In this document: positions 50,996 to 64,000 of the stretch, piece after piece
How positions within the stretch are numbered: the stretch's first letter is position 1
How the letters are laid out: the number at the start of each line of letters is the position of its first letter
Origin: Puccinia triticina
Lineage: Eukaryota
Reading direction: 5' to 3'
Assembly: GCA_026914245.1 (NCBI GenBank)
Contig: CP110439.1
Coordinates: 6,696,001-6,760,000, forward strand
DNA: 64,000 bases
Translations under genes and position numbers: made by a program
The notes under the pieces: model-generated
Database searches by the model: none
What the model saw: only the letters and a program-made list of their open reading frames with translations
Told to the model about the DNA's origin: nothing

Positions 50996-51248
50996 CTTGC
51001 AATTATATCAATTATGAGACCACAAACACTATGTCCCCTCACCCCCGCTTTTCTACAACTCTCACCGAGCCCCACATTGCTAGCTCAATTAAGCCTCTTC
51101 AATGGAGAGTTCCGAAGCACCTCGCGTTCCCGCGGGATGCACTCTCTCGGAGAGGCTTACATATAAGACATGTCCCAATCTCTGCAGTAGAAGTTTGAGT
51201 TCTCAAGTTTATAATTTAACATAAATTGCCTGTAATGTTATCAAATAT

Positions 51249-51487
51249 TGGAGGACTTCCCGTCGAGATCTACAGATCCTGCTGAACCAGATCAGCAGCC
51301 CCTGGGACAGCATGTCCCCGCGAGAATTAAAGTTTTCTGGCTGCAGCTTGACAGGAAGTCCTCTCCCGTTGGGACCCCCGCAGATGTTGGTTTAGTGCAA
51401 AAAGTCTAGACTTTTGCAGGGAAATCCAGCCTTTTAGGCTCTAGATCACTTCTGGCAGGCCTGTGGTTCTTGGCGGGAAGTCATCCA
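51249..51487. mobile_element. Small MITE family with TGGAGGACTTCCC termini
   Basis: Inverted termini TGGAGGACTTCCC...GGGAAGTCATCCA. Related copies lie at 52780-52919 and 62285-62455. Confidence 0.6.
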
Positions 51488-51621
51488 TTGGAGGACTTCC
51501 CGTTGCCTAAAAGACTTGATTTAGAGGAGGCCACTAAACCTTGTTTGCTGGTGAAAACTTGATATCAATCAATGTATGACTTCCCATTTCCTAAATGGCT
51601 TGATTGAGAGGGGTACACTAA

Positions 51622-51981
51622 GAGCATCCGCATTGGTGGCTAAGTTGGCACAAGCTAACTTAGTCATCCAAGACCCGGCTAGCGCTAGCCAGACCCCCGC
51701 AACCACATGGGTTGGCAACTTGGAGCTACTATCCAGCTAAATTAAATCACATAGCTTGTCTTCAGCGGTATCAACCACATTGTTTTTGCCAGCATTGACT
51801 CGCAAGAATAACACATCCAATACCTAGTCTACAGTAATAAAAGCACCTTTTCTCTTTTCACCTGATTAGAAAATACACATGAACAAGCAAAAGTGTAAAT
51901 GGAAAGAAAGGTCATGAGTAGGAGAAAAAAACAATATACATAGTGGGTGTAAGGAATACTAATGAATATTGATTGAGTTCA

Positions 51982-52014
<33 letters not shown>

Positions 52015-52515
52015 GGGATTGTCAGTGGGGAAGAAGAAACAGGCAAGCAAGAAGAACAAGAATCAATTGAGTGCAAGCGAGAAATTATGAATCTATTGAG
52101 TGCAAGCTAGCAAGCAAGAGAAATGAGATCAATCCATCACTGGCAAGAAAGCAAGAGCAAGAAGACCAACCAACCAAAACTGATCCAGGAGAGTACCAGA
52201 AATCAATTCATTGACTGCGAGAGAGCAAGAGCAAGAAGACTGATCAAAGTTGTTTTTTTTTTTTTTTGTTGTTTGTGTTTGTTGTTGTTTGTGTTTGTTG
52301 TTGTTCCATTTGGTGTTGCTTTCACCAACTTGTTGATAGGAAAGTACCTTGGGCAGCTCCCTAGCCAACAAGCTAGGCGCGGCTAGATTTAGCTCCAGCT
52401 AGCCAGGATTCTAGCTTTTTGATAAGTTAGGCAGGTCTTAGCCCAACCCTATGCAGATGACCGGCGTGCCCAAGTGCCTTAGCTTGGGCCAACTTAGCCA
52501 CCAATGCGGATGCTC
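51622..52515. mobile_element. PIF/Harbinger (Tourist-like) MITE
   Basis: TIR GAGCATCCGCATTGGTGGCTAAGTTGGC at both ends, a TAA TSD, and an internal poly(A) run. Confidence 0.88.
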
Positions 52516-52566
52516 TAAACCCTGTTTGCTGGCAACAACTCAATCTTAATCAACTTTCACCAATAG

Positions 52567-52763
52567 GGGGGTTCCCGATTGAAATTTACAAAACTTTGGG
52601 GCATGATTTAAAGTGTTTACAAACATTTTTTTAAAAAATTGATAAATTGCACTCATTGATCAGTATTACCTGCTGCTATGTATTTTCCCAAAATTTTAAA
52701 ATTTTGTTCATAAAGGCCTTGAATTTGGCTCCAAACTTTAGTAAAATTCAATTGTGAACCCCC
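52567..52763. mobile_element. Degenerate Tourist-like MITE
   Basis: Imperfect inverted termini GGGGGTTCCCGATTGAA...TTCAATTGTGAACCCCC. Confidence 0.5.
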
Positions 52764-54599
52764 TTAATAAAGTTTACACTGGAGGACTTCCCTTGCAATC
52801 TGGGACCTCCGCAGATGTTGGCTTAGACCGGCAAAGTCTAGATTTTTGCAGGGAAATCTAGCTTTTTGGGCTTTATATCACTTCTGGTAGGCCCTCAGAT
52901 CTCAAAGGGAAGTCACCCACTGTCCCAGTAGATTATATTCATCCAATTTTCACCAGCAATTAAGGTTTAGCCCCAGCATAAATAAGTCCCTCTCTATGTG
53001 GCGGGGGGACACCTTCATGCAGGGACCTTCCAAAGGAGGGACTGAGCATTTCGACTGCGGGCTCTAATTCCATGTTGCTGCAATTTGATCTTTGGGCCTG
53101 TGCAGCAGGTTTTACCACCCCAAATTGCTGCAGCATACACTGCAAGCCTCCAAAGGGAGTCTCTGAAAATATGTGAAACTTCACATAACTAAATACACAC
53201 ACTTGCCATTGGCCAATGACCAAATCCCAACCAACAGCAGTACCATAACACTCCTCAATGACTGGCACAAGCCCATCCAGAAGAAGTTTAATGCAGGGGG
53301 TTTCAAAGTTAAAAATCAGGTTGCGCAGGTCCCAGGAATCAGGAAAAAAATGGACCTGGAAACTCTCCTGTGGACCTGATTCCCTTCTTTGAAAAAGGCT
53401 CCAGTAGCAGGAAAAAGGTCAGAAACACCCCCTCAAGGGTGTTTTCACCTATCCCCAATCACACCCGCATACTGGGAGTTTGAGCCGGCACACACTCAAC
53501 CAGTCTGTGATTACGCACACAACTTGGTAGCCAGTTGGATCTATACCGGCCATCAAGTGACACAACACTCAATGGCTGGTTGGTTTGTACCAACCATTGT
53601 GTATCACAACACTTGATGGCTGGCTGGGTCTGTACGTTGTGTCACTCAATTGCGGGCTGGTCAGGTTTGTTCTGGTCATTGAGTGAGTACTCAAAACACT
53701 TGATGACCAGTACAGACCTTTCATCAAATGACTATTGAGTTGCGTAGTTTGCGTACACTGAAAGACCGGTAAGGACTCACTGGGGTTGGTCATTGAGTGG
53801 TGGGGTGTTGGTTATCCACTTGATGACTGTTGGGTAATCAAGTGAGTAGAGCGTGTATCCACTCAATGAGTTGCTTGTTCATTGAGTGGGGTGTATTCCT
53901 TTTGAACATTAAACAACAAACTAAACCTGTCAAAAAGCGCAAGAACACCCCGTGAGGACCATTGATCCTCACTCAATCTGCGCGGGGAAGAAAAAACTTT
54001 CCGCTGGCTGGAGAGCCCTTTTTATAGATGATTTGGGGCAAACTTTACATTTGGCTACCGGGATGCTTTTCATTTGGGCTTTTGTTTACACTCAACCTGG
54101 TGTCTGTACTTTTGATTAGCACCTCAGTCGCCCATTTGGCTATCCGCACATAGTTATGTGTACTTGGTCCGAATCAGTTCCTATCACCAGCACACAATAC
54201 CACAAACGCGCTAATCATGAGGGACATTTGACATCCCAAGCACTTTGGAGGATGTCGTCCACCGGCGGGACATATGTCTCTATTCAAAAGCCATTGGAGA
54301 CCTCTTAGCAATGATTTAAAGTATGTCTAAAACAAAGACTACAGAGTCAACAATTTGAGCAATGATGAAATCAAGGCCTTTACTCTATATCAGCTGGAAC
54401 GGATGCTCACAACCATGATATTTGGGTGTTGGTTTGAAGTTTGACTTACTGGACCAACAGTTTTTATTGCAATTACAGTTCAGAGGGGTTGATATTGTTA
54501 CAGCTGTGAATGTAGCTGACCAGTGGATGATGAATGTTGAGATGCTCAATCCGGCACAGAAATTTTCTACACTTGTTTCACAAATGCAGTCAATGGGAC

Positions 54600-56035
54600 C
54601 AACAAGTCCAGGATGTTTTATCTTGATGGACCGGGTGGTATGGGGAAAATATTTGTTTTGATTACACTCATAGATTACTTCACAGTACATGGTTTAAGGC
54701 CGGTCAGTGGTTGTTGCAGCAACAGGAGTTGCGGCTTTGCTATTGCATGGTGGTCAAACTGCCCATTCCAGCTTTAAAATCCCCCTTAAATTCAGTGATA
54801 TCACAGCCTGCAGCTTCACTGAGAATGATATGATAGGCAAGAGGTTATTAGAGGCGCAAGTAATTGTTTGGGACAAAGCCGTAGCAATGCAACAACACAC
54901 CATTGAAACTGTAGACAGATTGCTCAGAGATCTTTCTGGAAATCAACTGCCGTTTGGAGGGAGGCTGGTAATATTTGCAGGAGACTTTTGAAAAACTTTA
55001 CCTGTAGTGAAGCATGGTGTGTTTATCAGGTCCAAATTTTCAACAATAAAGATTTCAAGCTTGTGGAAATAGATCTATAAATTTTCTCTCAAAGATAATG
55101 TGCACTTGGGTCTAGGTAGCGGCAATGTTTCTGCAGCAAAAATAGATTTTGCAGCAGAACTCTCGCAGATAGGTGAAGGTATACTCCAACAACACAACAT
55201 TTCTTGGGTATGAGTTGCAGGCATCAAGATGGAATCTTTGGGGACATCACACACATGTGGAAATAGAGCAATGGGGTGGTGTTTTAATGATATCAACTCC
55301 AAGCGGAAGTCAGATATTGTGACTTATTCAAATCACCTATTGGAACAATGTATTCACATGCCTTTGAATTCCAATTCTAAAGCAATAAATGACCAATTAT
55401 TGAAAGCAGTTCACAGTGAAGAAGTGGAATTGATCTCAATTGATAGACCAATTGATGAGGCCATGGATACACTTCAACCTGAGGTGTTGGCAAAGATTGA
55501 CTTTACAGGCTTTCCCCACCACATATTGAAACTCCAGTCGTGCTTTTGAGGAACATAAGCATCAAGGACGGGATTTGCAACGGCACAAGATTGGTACTGT
55601 TGAGAGTCACAAGGAATGCTCTGTGTGGTAGGATTTTGACTGGTACACTCAAGGGTAGAGAAATAACTATACCAAAGATAACCCTGCTACATGAGGGTGA
55701 TTCTTATGTCAAGGTACCTTTTTATAGATACCAATTCCCAGTTGTTTAGAATTTGCCATGACTATAAATAAATGTCAGGGCCAAAGTATGAGGCGGGTGG
55801 CATTGGTATTGCACAGTCAGGTGTTTGCGCATGGGAAGTTATATGTAGGGCTCTCTTGAGTTTGTGATGTAGATAATTTGTTAGTTGTGCAAAAGTGGCT
55901 GAAAGGGATGAAACAAGAGTTGTAAATGTGGTAAAGAAAGTTGTATTTACTTAATTATACTGGAGTAATAAAACTTATACAAGATGGCTTGACTTGGGTC
56001 TTGGAGAGGGTGGCGTAGCCGCCCCTGAAATCTAG
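54600..56035 (+). pseudogene. Decayed Helitron PIF1-family helicase and Helitron 3' end
   Basis: Motifs FYLDGPGGMGK, ATGVAALLLHGGQTAHS, FGGRLVIFAGDF, LRNI..GICNGTRL, QFPV and FAMTINKCQGQS are interrupted by stops and frameshifts. It ends in a GGTGGCGTAGCCGCC hairpin + CTAG|T at 56032-56035. Confidence 0.9.
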
Positions 56036-56265
56036 TTTAATTATGTATAGTGTCCAATTGATGGCCGGTCACCACCGGCCATGGAATGGAATTGATAAAC
56101 TCAATTACCAGTCTTGATCGGCCATTGGTTGAGATGTGTATGTACAGATGTGATTGATGGCCTGTCTGGATTCTGAACCGGCCATTGGGTCATGAAACAC
56201 CAGGATGTTTCCATGGGTGAACATCCCGTAAAATTTTCTGGTGGCCTAAAATTAGGGTTAATTTT

Positions 56266-57635
56266 GGGTTGTGCTAAATGCACACCAAATTTTTACTAAA
56301 TGCACACCAAAAAGGAATGCACAGGCGTGTACGCCATCTGTTCTTGGCGTACAGGGAAGTTTACTCCCAGAAACCCAGCGCCCCCAGTCCTGTACGCCAA
56401 GTCTGCGGGAGTATGGGAATGGAGACGCCAATTCCCCAAGAAACATTGCATATAGATACAAATCCAGCTTGCCAGAGTACCAACAGTGGGCCGCTATGCT
56501 AAACTATCTGTAGTGTGCTCTATCCGCTAGTTTAGCGTTGTGTAGTTCCTGACACAGTGCCGTTAGCTGTAGCGCCCGCTACGGGCTGCTACGCTACTAA
56601 CAGCGCAGCGGTTGAATAGTACTTCTAGCGCTGATAGCGGCGATAGAGGCCCTGTAGTTTCAAGGGGTGCCTTTTAGCGGTAGCGGGCAATCACTGTCTG
56701 CTAACAGAAAACCCCGTCATTTGTAGTTTATATCCGCTACACTGCGCTGAACTACAGACTAAATGTAGTGTAGCGGCCCACCGTTGAGAGCACGTGCCCC
56801 TCGCCTGGATCACATTACGGCACTGGTAAATACCAGCTCACGGAGAGCTCTTGGCAAGCTGAAGTTTGACCAGCTCACCGTGAATGCTTTGCCCGGAGAG
56901 CTGATCAAAGTCCAGCTTTCCGAGACATATTTATTCTCTCGGAGAGCTGGTTGATTAACCTCCCGAAGGCAGAAATGCATACCTTCCGGCGAGCTGGTAC
57001 AAATCCAGCTCACCGAGAGGTATGCATTCCTCTTGGGGAGCTGGTTGAATTCATCTCGCCAACAGAAATGTCTACCTGCCAGCGAGCTGGTGCAAATCCA
57101 GCTCGCCGAGAGGAATCAATATCTCTTGGCGAGCTGGCCTTTGGCCATCTCTCCGGGAAAAACATTCTTGGTGAGCTTGTTTAAGCTGTGCAGCTCGCCA
57201 TTCCTCCCGGTGAGCCAGCACCAAGAGGTATACATATTTGGAGAGCTCGACATTGACTATATTGGCAGGAAGAAAACTCTTGGCAAGCTGGGCTTGCAAG
57301 TTGCACCAGCTCGCCAAGAGAAAGATGGGGGGGGTTGTTAAATGGCATGGCCACGCCATTTTATCCAGCGTGCAACAAATCCACACACCCAAAGGGTAGG
57401 CGTACTGATGCTTTGTACGCCACATCTATTGGCATCCTCAGGCCGGTACACCAATTTTTCCCGGCAAATTGGTGTACCGGGCCCTGTACACCATAAAAGT
57501 TGGTGTGCGCGGCCCGGCGCACAAAAAAATTGGCGTTATTGGGCCATTTATGCCAATTTATTGGTGTACCCACCTATACACGCCAAAAACGTGGTGTGCA
57601 TGGAGTAAAAATTTGGTGTGCATTTAGCACAACCC
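56266..57635. mobile_element. Non-autonomous TIR element
   Basis: The TIR GGGTTGTGCTAAATGCACACCAAATTTTTAC (about 31 bp) is present at both ends. Confidence 0.75.
56481..56786. mobile_element. Nested MITE with CAAC...GTTG ends
   Basis: TIRs CAACAGTGGGCCGCTA and TAGCGGCCCACCGTTG are flanked by AGAGTAC and AGAGCAC. Confidence 0.75.
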
Positions 57636-58065
57636 TTATTTTTAATTTGTGCAGCATGCGCAACATTTCTGGTGCGGCAATAAACATTTCTGGAAAAAGG
57701 TTATTGTGGACCCTCCTGATGTGAAGTCTCCCACTTCTGCGTATACACCACGGGGCGCATTCCTGGAAATGCCCTGAATCCAGCGGACGTTTCTGACTGA
57801 GAAGTGTCCAGAGGATGTCCGGGGGGCATCCAGCGGACGCAAGGTGCGCTGAGCATCACTTGGAAGTTTCCAGATTCTTCCACATGATGCTTGGCCCTCC
57901 AATCCATCAGTTGGACACCAAAACAAACTGTCCATTGGAAACTCTCAATTGGGAGTGTCCAATGGACATCTTGAGGGTCCAAAACTTCAAAATCCATCGG
58001 ATGCTCTGGCTGGAGTGTCCAATGGACACCAAAAGCCACTGTCCATTGGACACCATAAATCACCA

Positions 58066-58095
58066 CTAGGGTTTAAGGGCGGCTACGCCGCCCTG
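58066..58095 (-). mobile_element. Helitron 3' terminus
   Basis: The plus strand reads A|CTAGGGTTTAAGGGCGGCTACGCCGCCC, with hairpin GGGCGGC-GTA-GCCGCCC on the minus strand. Confidence 0.7.
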
Positions 58096-58107
58096 TGACT
58101 GATCTCA

Positions 58108-58413
<306 letters not shown>

Positions 58414-58417
58414 TCAG

Positions 58418-58512
58418 GTAACCTTCAGTGGTCTCCTTCATCTTTGGTCATCTAACGGCAAGGTCTCTGGGCCGGTCATTGGTATCAATCTGGGAACGAC
58501 CAAATTGTGTTG
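58418..58512 (+). pseudogene. Hsp70 N-terminal exon fragment, opposite orientation
   Basis: NGKVSGPVIGINLGTT resembles the Hsp70 signature IGIDLGTT and follows a CTAAC...CAG acceptor. Confidence 0.7.
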
Positions 58513-61500
58513 TCTGCATGGGAGAGACAGGATAAGCAACCGGGCAGACTCGGAGGGGCGCCGGAAAATTTGTCAGGCTGAGAATGGCTAGGTACAAATA
58601 GAGGAGGAAATGGCTCGAGGTCTTTGGACAAAGGGATGAATTACTTAATCAGGTTTGGGGATGACCCTATCCTGGACACAACCTCAGAGTACATCGGAGA
58701 AGAATCCAATCCCGGCGCACAATAAAATTATGAGTTTTGAAAAGGGGCTCAGTTTCCCATTTTTTGGGGGGGTCACTTGCATGTGGAACGGGGAAAAGAG
58801 AAAAAGGGGAAGGTGGATGTATGCAAAGGTGGGAGGGGAAAAGGAAATTAATTATTTGTGTCCAGCACAATTGAGGTATGGGGGAGAGTATAAAAGGAGA
58901 CACAGTTGGATGATTGCAGGTCATTGCTTGGCTCTTGCTCGGTGCCAATTGCTTAAAGAGCCAAGCAATCCAGGTCAATTGGTACCTGTATTTTGTTGAC
59001 AGCTCGGGGGAGGGGAGGAATGCTGCCAAAAAAATATTTTGGTGGGGGCATCGGTCCGCTTAATGTTAAACCATTAATCCCTCAGACACTTGGGCTGGAG
59101 TGACCAAATAACTTTATCAATTCAACCATTGGACACTCTTGGAACAATTTTACGATAGCTGCATCTTGGACTTTCTAGATTTTGACAGTCCAAGATCCTC
59201 TTCAGCACTTCTTCATAGACACAATGCAGCAAGAAAAATACACAGAACCATTTGACCGGAAAGCTAACAACTATGTAGTACGGATTGGGCGGCTGGAGGA
59301 GGATGTGCACATCCTGTTGGTTAGAACAGAGCCATCCCTGCTGCTCTTTGGACTCACATCCCAATACCCACTTGTCTCCAACGCTTTGTTCCGCTATTTG
59401 ATTGAATGAGGCCTTGAGCCTGTGCTATCCGACAAGACATCATCACTGGCTGCACTGCTGAGAAGATCAAGGGTGCGATCTCCACCTGGTTATCCGGGAT
59501 TGCCATCCAGTTCAGCTGCCTGTTGGGTGGCAAGAGGGTCTGCCGTTGAAAAATCAACCTTATGTGGACTTAGTGTAGAGCCAGTCTAGCAAAGGCATGA
59601 TGTCGTAGTTGGTTATGGAAACCGCTTCTCCTAGGCTACAGCCCGCGAGCGCGCACCCTGGGTTAGCAGGTTGTGTGTTTGAGCCCTGCTCATTCCATCT
59701 CCCCTCCCCCCCGTTGTACCTGCTCCTACTTCCCCCGCCGAGCCCGTTGCCACCCGGGGGGTTAGTATCTGCAAAGGATTACCAGCAGATCTGCTAAAAT
59801 TTTAGCAACCTGGTGAAAGTGGCTGATATCCGGCGGATGTTTACATTTCATCCAGCGGATGCATTCTGGCAAAACTTCCACAATTGTGCAATGCAAGTGG
59901 CATCCAGCGGATGTTTCCTGCAGCACCAGAGCTGGACATCCGCGGACATGTCCAATTGCATGTCCATAAACGTCCTCAATGGCCTGTGTGATGAGATGAA
60001 CCAGGGTCTGAGGGCAGCGAGCACGAGGTGGGCCGAGTGAGAGGTGTGTGGAAGGATTGTTTCATTTCATCAGCAAACAGAGAGAAGGAAAACAAAAGAC
60101 CAAGAGAGAGAGAGAAAAGAAAGAAATGAAACAAGAGAGAACTCTACCTGAGGGCAGCAAGCACAAGGTGGGCTGAGTGAGAGGTGTGTGGAAGGATGAG
60201 GAAGGTTTCCTTCCACACTCGCTGCCTCAGGTAGTCTACATGACTGGTGAAATGGAAGTGAAAAAGATGTGACATGTAGAAAGCAGAGAAAGAGAAACGG
60301 AAAAAGAAATGAGAAAGGAAAACACGGTTTTTCTAGCTCAACACTGTGGTGTAGCAAACAACCTCTGGTTGCCCTATTAAGATACATCAATGTCAGAAAA
60401 GCTTGCGGCCAGCTTTTGGACCACTGATTTCAGCCTCAAAGCCTGTATGGCTCCTGTACGTCAGGAATGCCATCAGAAGAAAAAACCCAGTTTCTTTGTT
60501 TTCCACTTTGGGGTCTTGAGGGCCCCACCATTGGATTCCTAGAGCAATTTCACTTCGATCCGGCCCTTCGCTGCCCCTGCCTCCCTCGCCCCTTGCCCGG
60601 CCTGGGACCCATGTCAAGCAAAACCAGCTGCCCAAATGGGTTTTGTCTGCCTGTACAGTGAGGCTGTACAGGCCTGTGGCTGAAATGCAGAAGTCATTTC
60701 AGCCACAAAATTTGGCAAGCTTTTCTGACATTGCTGTAAGAGACCCAGTTGTCAGTAGCGTTTCTTTCCTGTTTGCTTGTTCGCCGCTCTCAGCCCAATA
60801 GGGGGTTTCACAATAAGCATTTTTGCTTCCTGCAGTACTAAATTTCTTTACTTGCAGGTGACATACTTGCTTAAATATTTGGCTTGAAGTCCCGCAAGAA
60901 ATCACCCCAAGCATCCTCATAACAATACTTGCAAGCACTCAAACACCTTCCCGGGTTTCCTTATTGCAAAACCCCCTAATATCTCATATATAGCCGTTTG
61001 CGGCTCTCTTGTATAATCTCTCTCCACTTTTTATCCTTGAACCATGTATAATAGATTACTAAATCCATTCCAGCCTTCCTTTTGTATCTTCCCTGATCCC
61101 AATGAGTCTCATGTCCTCTTGTATCCCTTTTATTCTCTTCCAGGTAAGCTCCACTTTCTCCCAGTATATAAATAGACCTCCCCATCCCTGAAATGAACCC
61201 TCAAATAAGTTGGCTCACACATTTCACGCTCTTGAAACTGGCAAGCATAACACCAGGAAAAATAAATTGTCACTGGACTACAGGTGACATCAGCCTAAGT
61301 CCACTGAGCTACCCACCAGTTGCACACTTGGCCGCATTTACAGACCCCTGTACAAAACAAAGGGGCCATTGTAGCCTAGTTGTGGTAGTGCCGAAGCTGG
61401 AAAAAAGTGACAGCCATTGTTGCTTGATGTCACCTGATTTCTGGTGACAATTGATTTTTCCTGGTGTAACAACAAAGTCTGTTGCATTGCACCAATTGAT

Positions 61501-62899
61501 AAACTCAATATGTTATATTATCATCTAAATGTGTCTTGTTTTCTTCATTTCCCCCTCCTTACTACATTTGACACAGCCGCATCATTCATTTCCTTGCCCC
61601 AGCATTTCCTTTTACTATACATGTCCCAGTTGCTGAATTAATTTGACAGCTGTTGTTTTTCTTCTTCTACACATTTCAGCAGTTAATTGCACACCTAAGG
61701 CTACTGTCCAGGGGAAACATCAAAATAGTTACATTTTTTCTGCAGATTTACTTTCATGGACACACGTGCTGAGCACATAAAAACTTGATCAAGGTGCTTT
61801 TTCCCAAAGATCTGAGGTCCAATGGGTGGCACTTCCCTTGGCTCTTGGCATGTTGTTCCGATGGGGTTTGCACTATCCTTGGCTCTTGGTATGCTGATGC
61901 TGCTTACCCCAAAAGACATATATACAGCAAAAGCTGCGCGAGTAGCAGTATCCCAATTCCCAATTACAGCTAAGCTGCCCCTCTACCCTCTACAAATTTG
62001 GTTATAGTTACATCTCTATGACTTGGAATTATCTGCAACCAACTACCAAATGCAGCACATGACACACAAGTGGCATTATGCCAATTCCTAATGCCACCTA
62101 GCCTGCCCCTCTGCCCTCTAGGCTCTAAAAAATTGGTTCCACATACATCTCCATGACTCGGCACTATCTGAAACCAAAGACCAAATGCAGCACATGATTT
62201 TTTTTGGTTGTTTCAAAAGCAGTTTTTCCCAGTGTGTTCATTTCCACAAATCAGAATTTCTATGTACATGCGTGGCAAAAATATTGGAGGACTTCCTGTC
62301 AATCTGGAAAGTCAGATCTGAGCCGCCAGATATCAGATTTTGCAGGGAAATCTAGGTCTCCAAAGATCCCCAAAGTGATCCAGATTTCCAGATTCCAGAT
62401 TTCCCTGCAAAATCTGAAATTCCAGATTTATTCCAAGTTCATGGGAAGTCCTCCATTGTTCCAATACCTAACTCAGACAAATAAAAATTTGCCCAAAATT
62501 TCTTTGCCTGCATTATCATTGCAGGTTCCCTATTCTGTGTGCTCAAATTAACTCACCTGACCTCTCTTACTCCACTCAACCCTGAACTGCAATTCTACCG
62601 CCAAGTCATGTGACCTAAACTGGCTACACTGAGTACAATTCCAGTATGTAAATTAAAATTTATTTACATTCTGGTTGCACCATCTTGAGGCCCTGTACCA
62701 TTTTCTTAGCCCAAATTATGGGCCTTAACAGGCCACACCAACCCCAATTCCAGTAATTAAAATGGAATCATCTCCCGGCTTCATGGTCAAGAGTCTCTAT
62801 TCCTATCATGACTAATTTTGTGATCCTAGGATGGATTCTGATGACACATCTTCCTCCGCACTAGCCCACTGAATGAGACTTGTGCCTGTAGCATAACAA

Positions 62900-63539
62900 G
62901 GGTGTAATCGCTGCGCTGCAAAAAGCGCAGCCCAGCGGGCTGGGTCGCTGCGCTAACGTTTTTTGATCTCACCGGAAAAAAACATGTATTTCAGCGCGCT
63001 AAATCAGCGGCCAATCAGCGTCAGACCGCTGCGCTGCCGCTGAAATCAGCGTCAAAGCGCTAAAATCAGCGGCAGCGTAGCGGACTAACCGCTGAATGGC
63101 CGCTGACCGCTTTTTCAGCGTCAGCGCGCTGGTTTTGCTGCGCCCCAACATGGCAATACGGACAATGTGAGGTCAAATGGGAGGCAGAGGGGTTGGTTGA
63201 CGTGTCCCTCCTTGCTACCGCTCCGGAAATAGTCAGCGCTGCTACTGGGGCGCAGCAAAATCAGGGTACTGACGCCAAAAAAGCGGTCAGCGGCCGTCAG
63301 CGGCCATTCAGCGGTTTTTGCGCTGCGCTGCGCTTATTGTCAGTGTTAGCGCTCTTTCCAGTGCTGCACTAACGCTGTTTGGCGGCAAGAGTCAGCGCTA
63401 GATCGCTGAATTCAGCAGTAGCGCAGCGGCGAGGGCGCTGTCCGCTGCGCTAACGCTGATTGGGCTTGGGTGTCAGCTCTAAACCACTGCGCTGCGCTAA
63501 AAGTGCCGCTTTTGTCAGCGCAGCGCAGCGGTTACACTG
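62900..63539. mobile_element. MITE-like element rich in CAGCG/CGCTG motifs
   Basis: Inverted termini GTGTAATCGCTGCGCTGC and GCAGCGCAGCGGTTACAC. No clear TSD. Confidence 0.55.
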
Positions 63540-64000
63540 CATTAAGCAACCACTGCAAAAAGTCTATATAAAACAAATAGAACCAGGCCTAATTCCGGTA
63601 ACTGAAATTGAATTTCTTATCCAGGTTGTATGGCCTGAGTTTTCTGTTGCCATTGTATCTAAAGACTAAAGTAGTCCTTTCCATGTTGAGATGTCTTCAT
63701 CCAACAAACATTAACTATAAAAAACCTATTAACCAGGTCCGGCCAATCTACAATCCCGCACTTTAATGTGTGTCCATTTTCCAACCAGCTTGCCTACCAG
63801 ACAGAGTATGTATTTATATTCACCCAGGTATGCCTCACACATCTATACCTCTGGTACTCTACCTGTCTTGTGATGTAACAAACTAGAGATGGCCATTGGC
63901 ACCCACTGGCGGGTACCCGCCACTCTTCAGCGGTCCTTTATGCCCTGGGAAGTGCCAGCCAGCAGGCTTGGGGTGTTCAATTTTGGTAAAAATTCAAGCA

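Noticed and set aside
51984..52013. Poly(A) tract as a retrocopy/SINE tail
   Set aside because: It is internal to a TIR-bounded MITE and shows no associated TSD or body.
54600..55950. Host PIF1 gene
   Set aside because: It has multiple stops and frameshifts and is followed directly by a Helitron hairpin-CTAG end.

Overview
This is eukaryotic, intron-containing DNA from a repeat-rich fungal genome, most likely a rust fungus (Pucciniomycotina). That assignment is inferred from short GT-AG introns with CTRAC branch sites and from C->T decay of repeats concentrated at TpCpG. Roughly 1-42.3 kb is a nest of transposons: non-autonomous Helitrons carrying captured host-gene fragments, a truncated Ty3/Gypsy element, a decayed minus-strand Ty3/Gypsy element (12284-25499) interrupted by a hAT transposon and a MITE, and a short-LTR non-autonomous element (26851-41451). 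The short-LTR element contains a near-intact chromovirus (28738-40348), whose gag is split by a Helitron carrying the intron-containing 5' half of MTR4. A compact host-gene island at about 45-51 kb holds a small hypothetical gene, a RidA/Mmf1-family gene, an ALKBH6-like gene and ribosomal protein uL13. It is followed by MITEs, a decayed Helitron helicase and Hsp70 fragments. The most unusual signals are an apparently spliced accessory gene upstream of gag in the chromovirus (its ATG would be created by splicing from the LTR), the MTR4 capture, and a 50-nt copy of mature tRNA-Tyr at a primer-binding site. All coordinates were read by eye, and no database searches were run.
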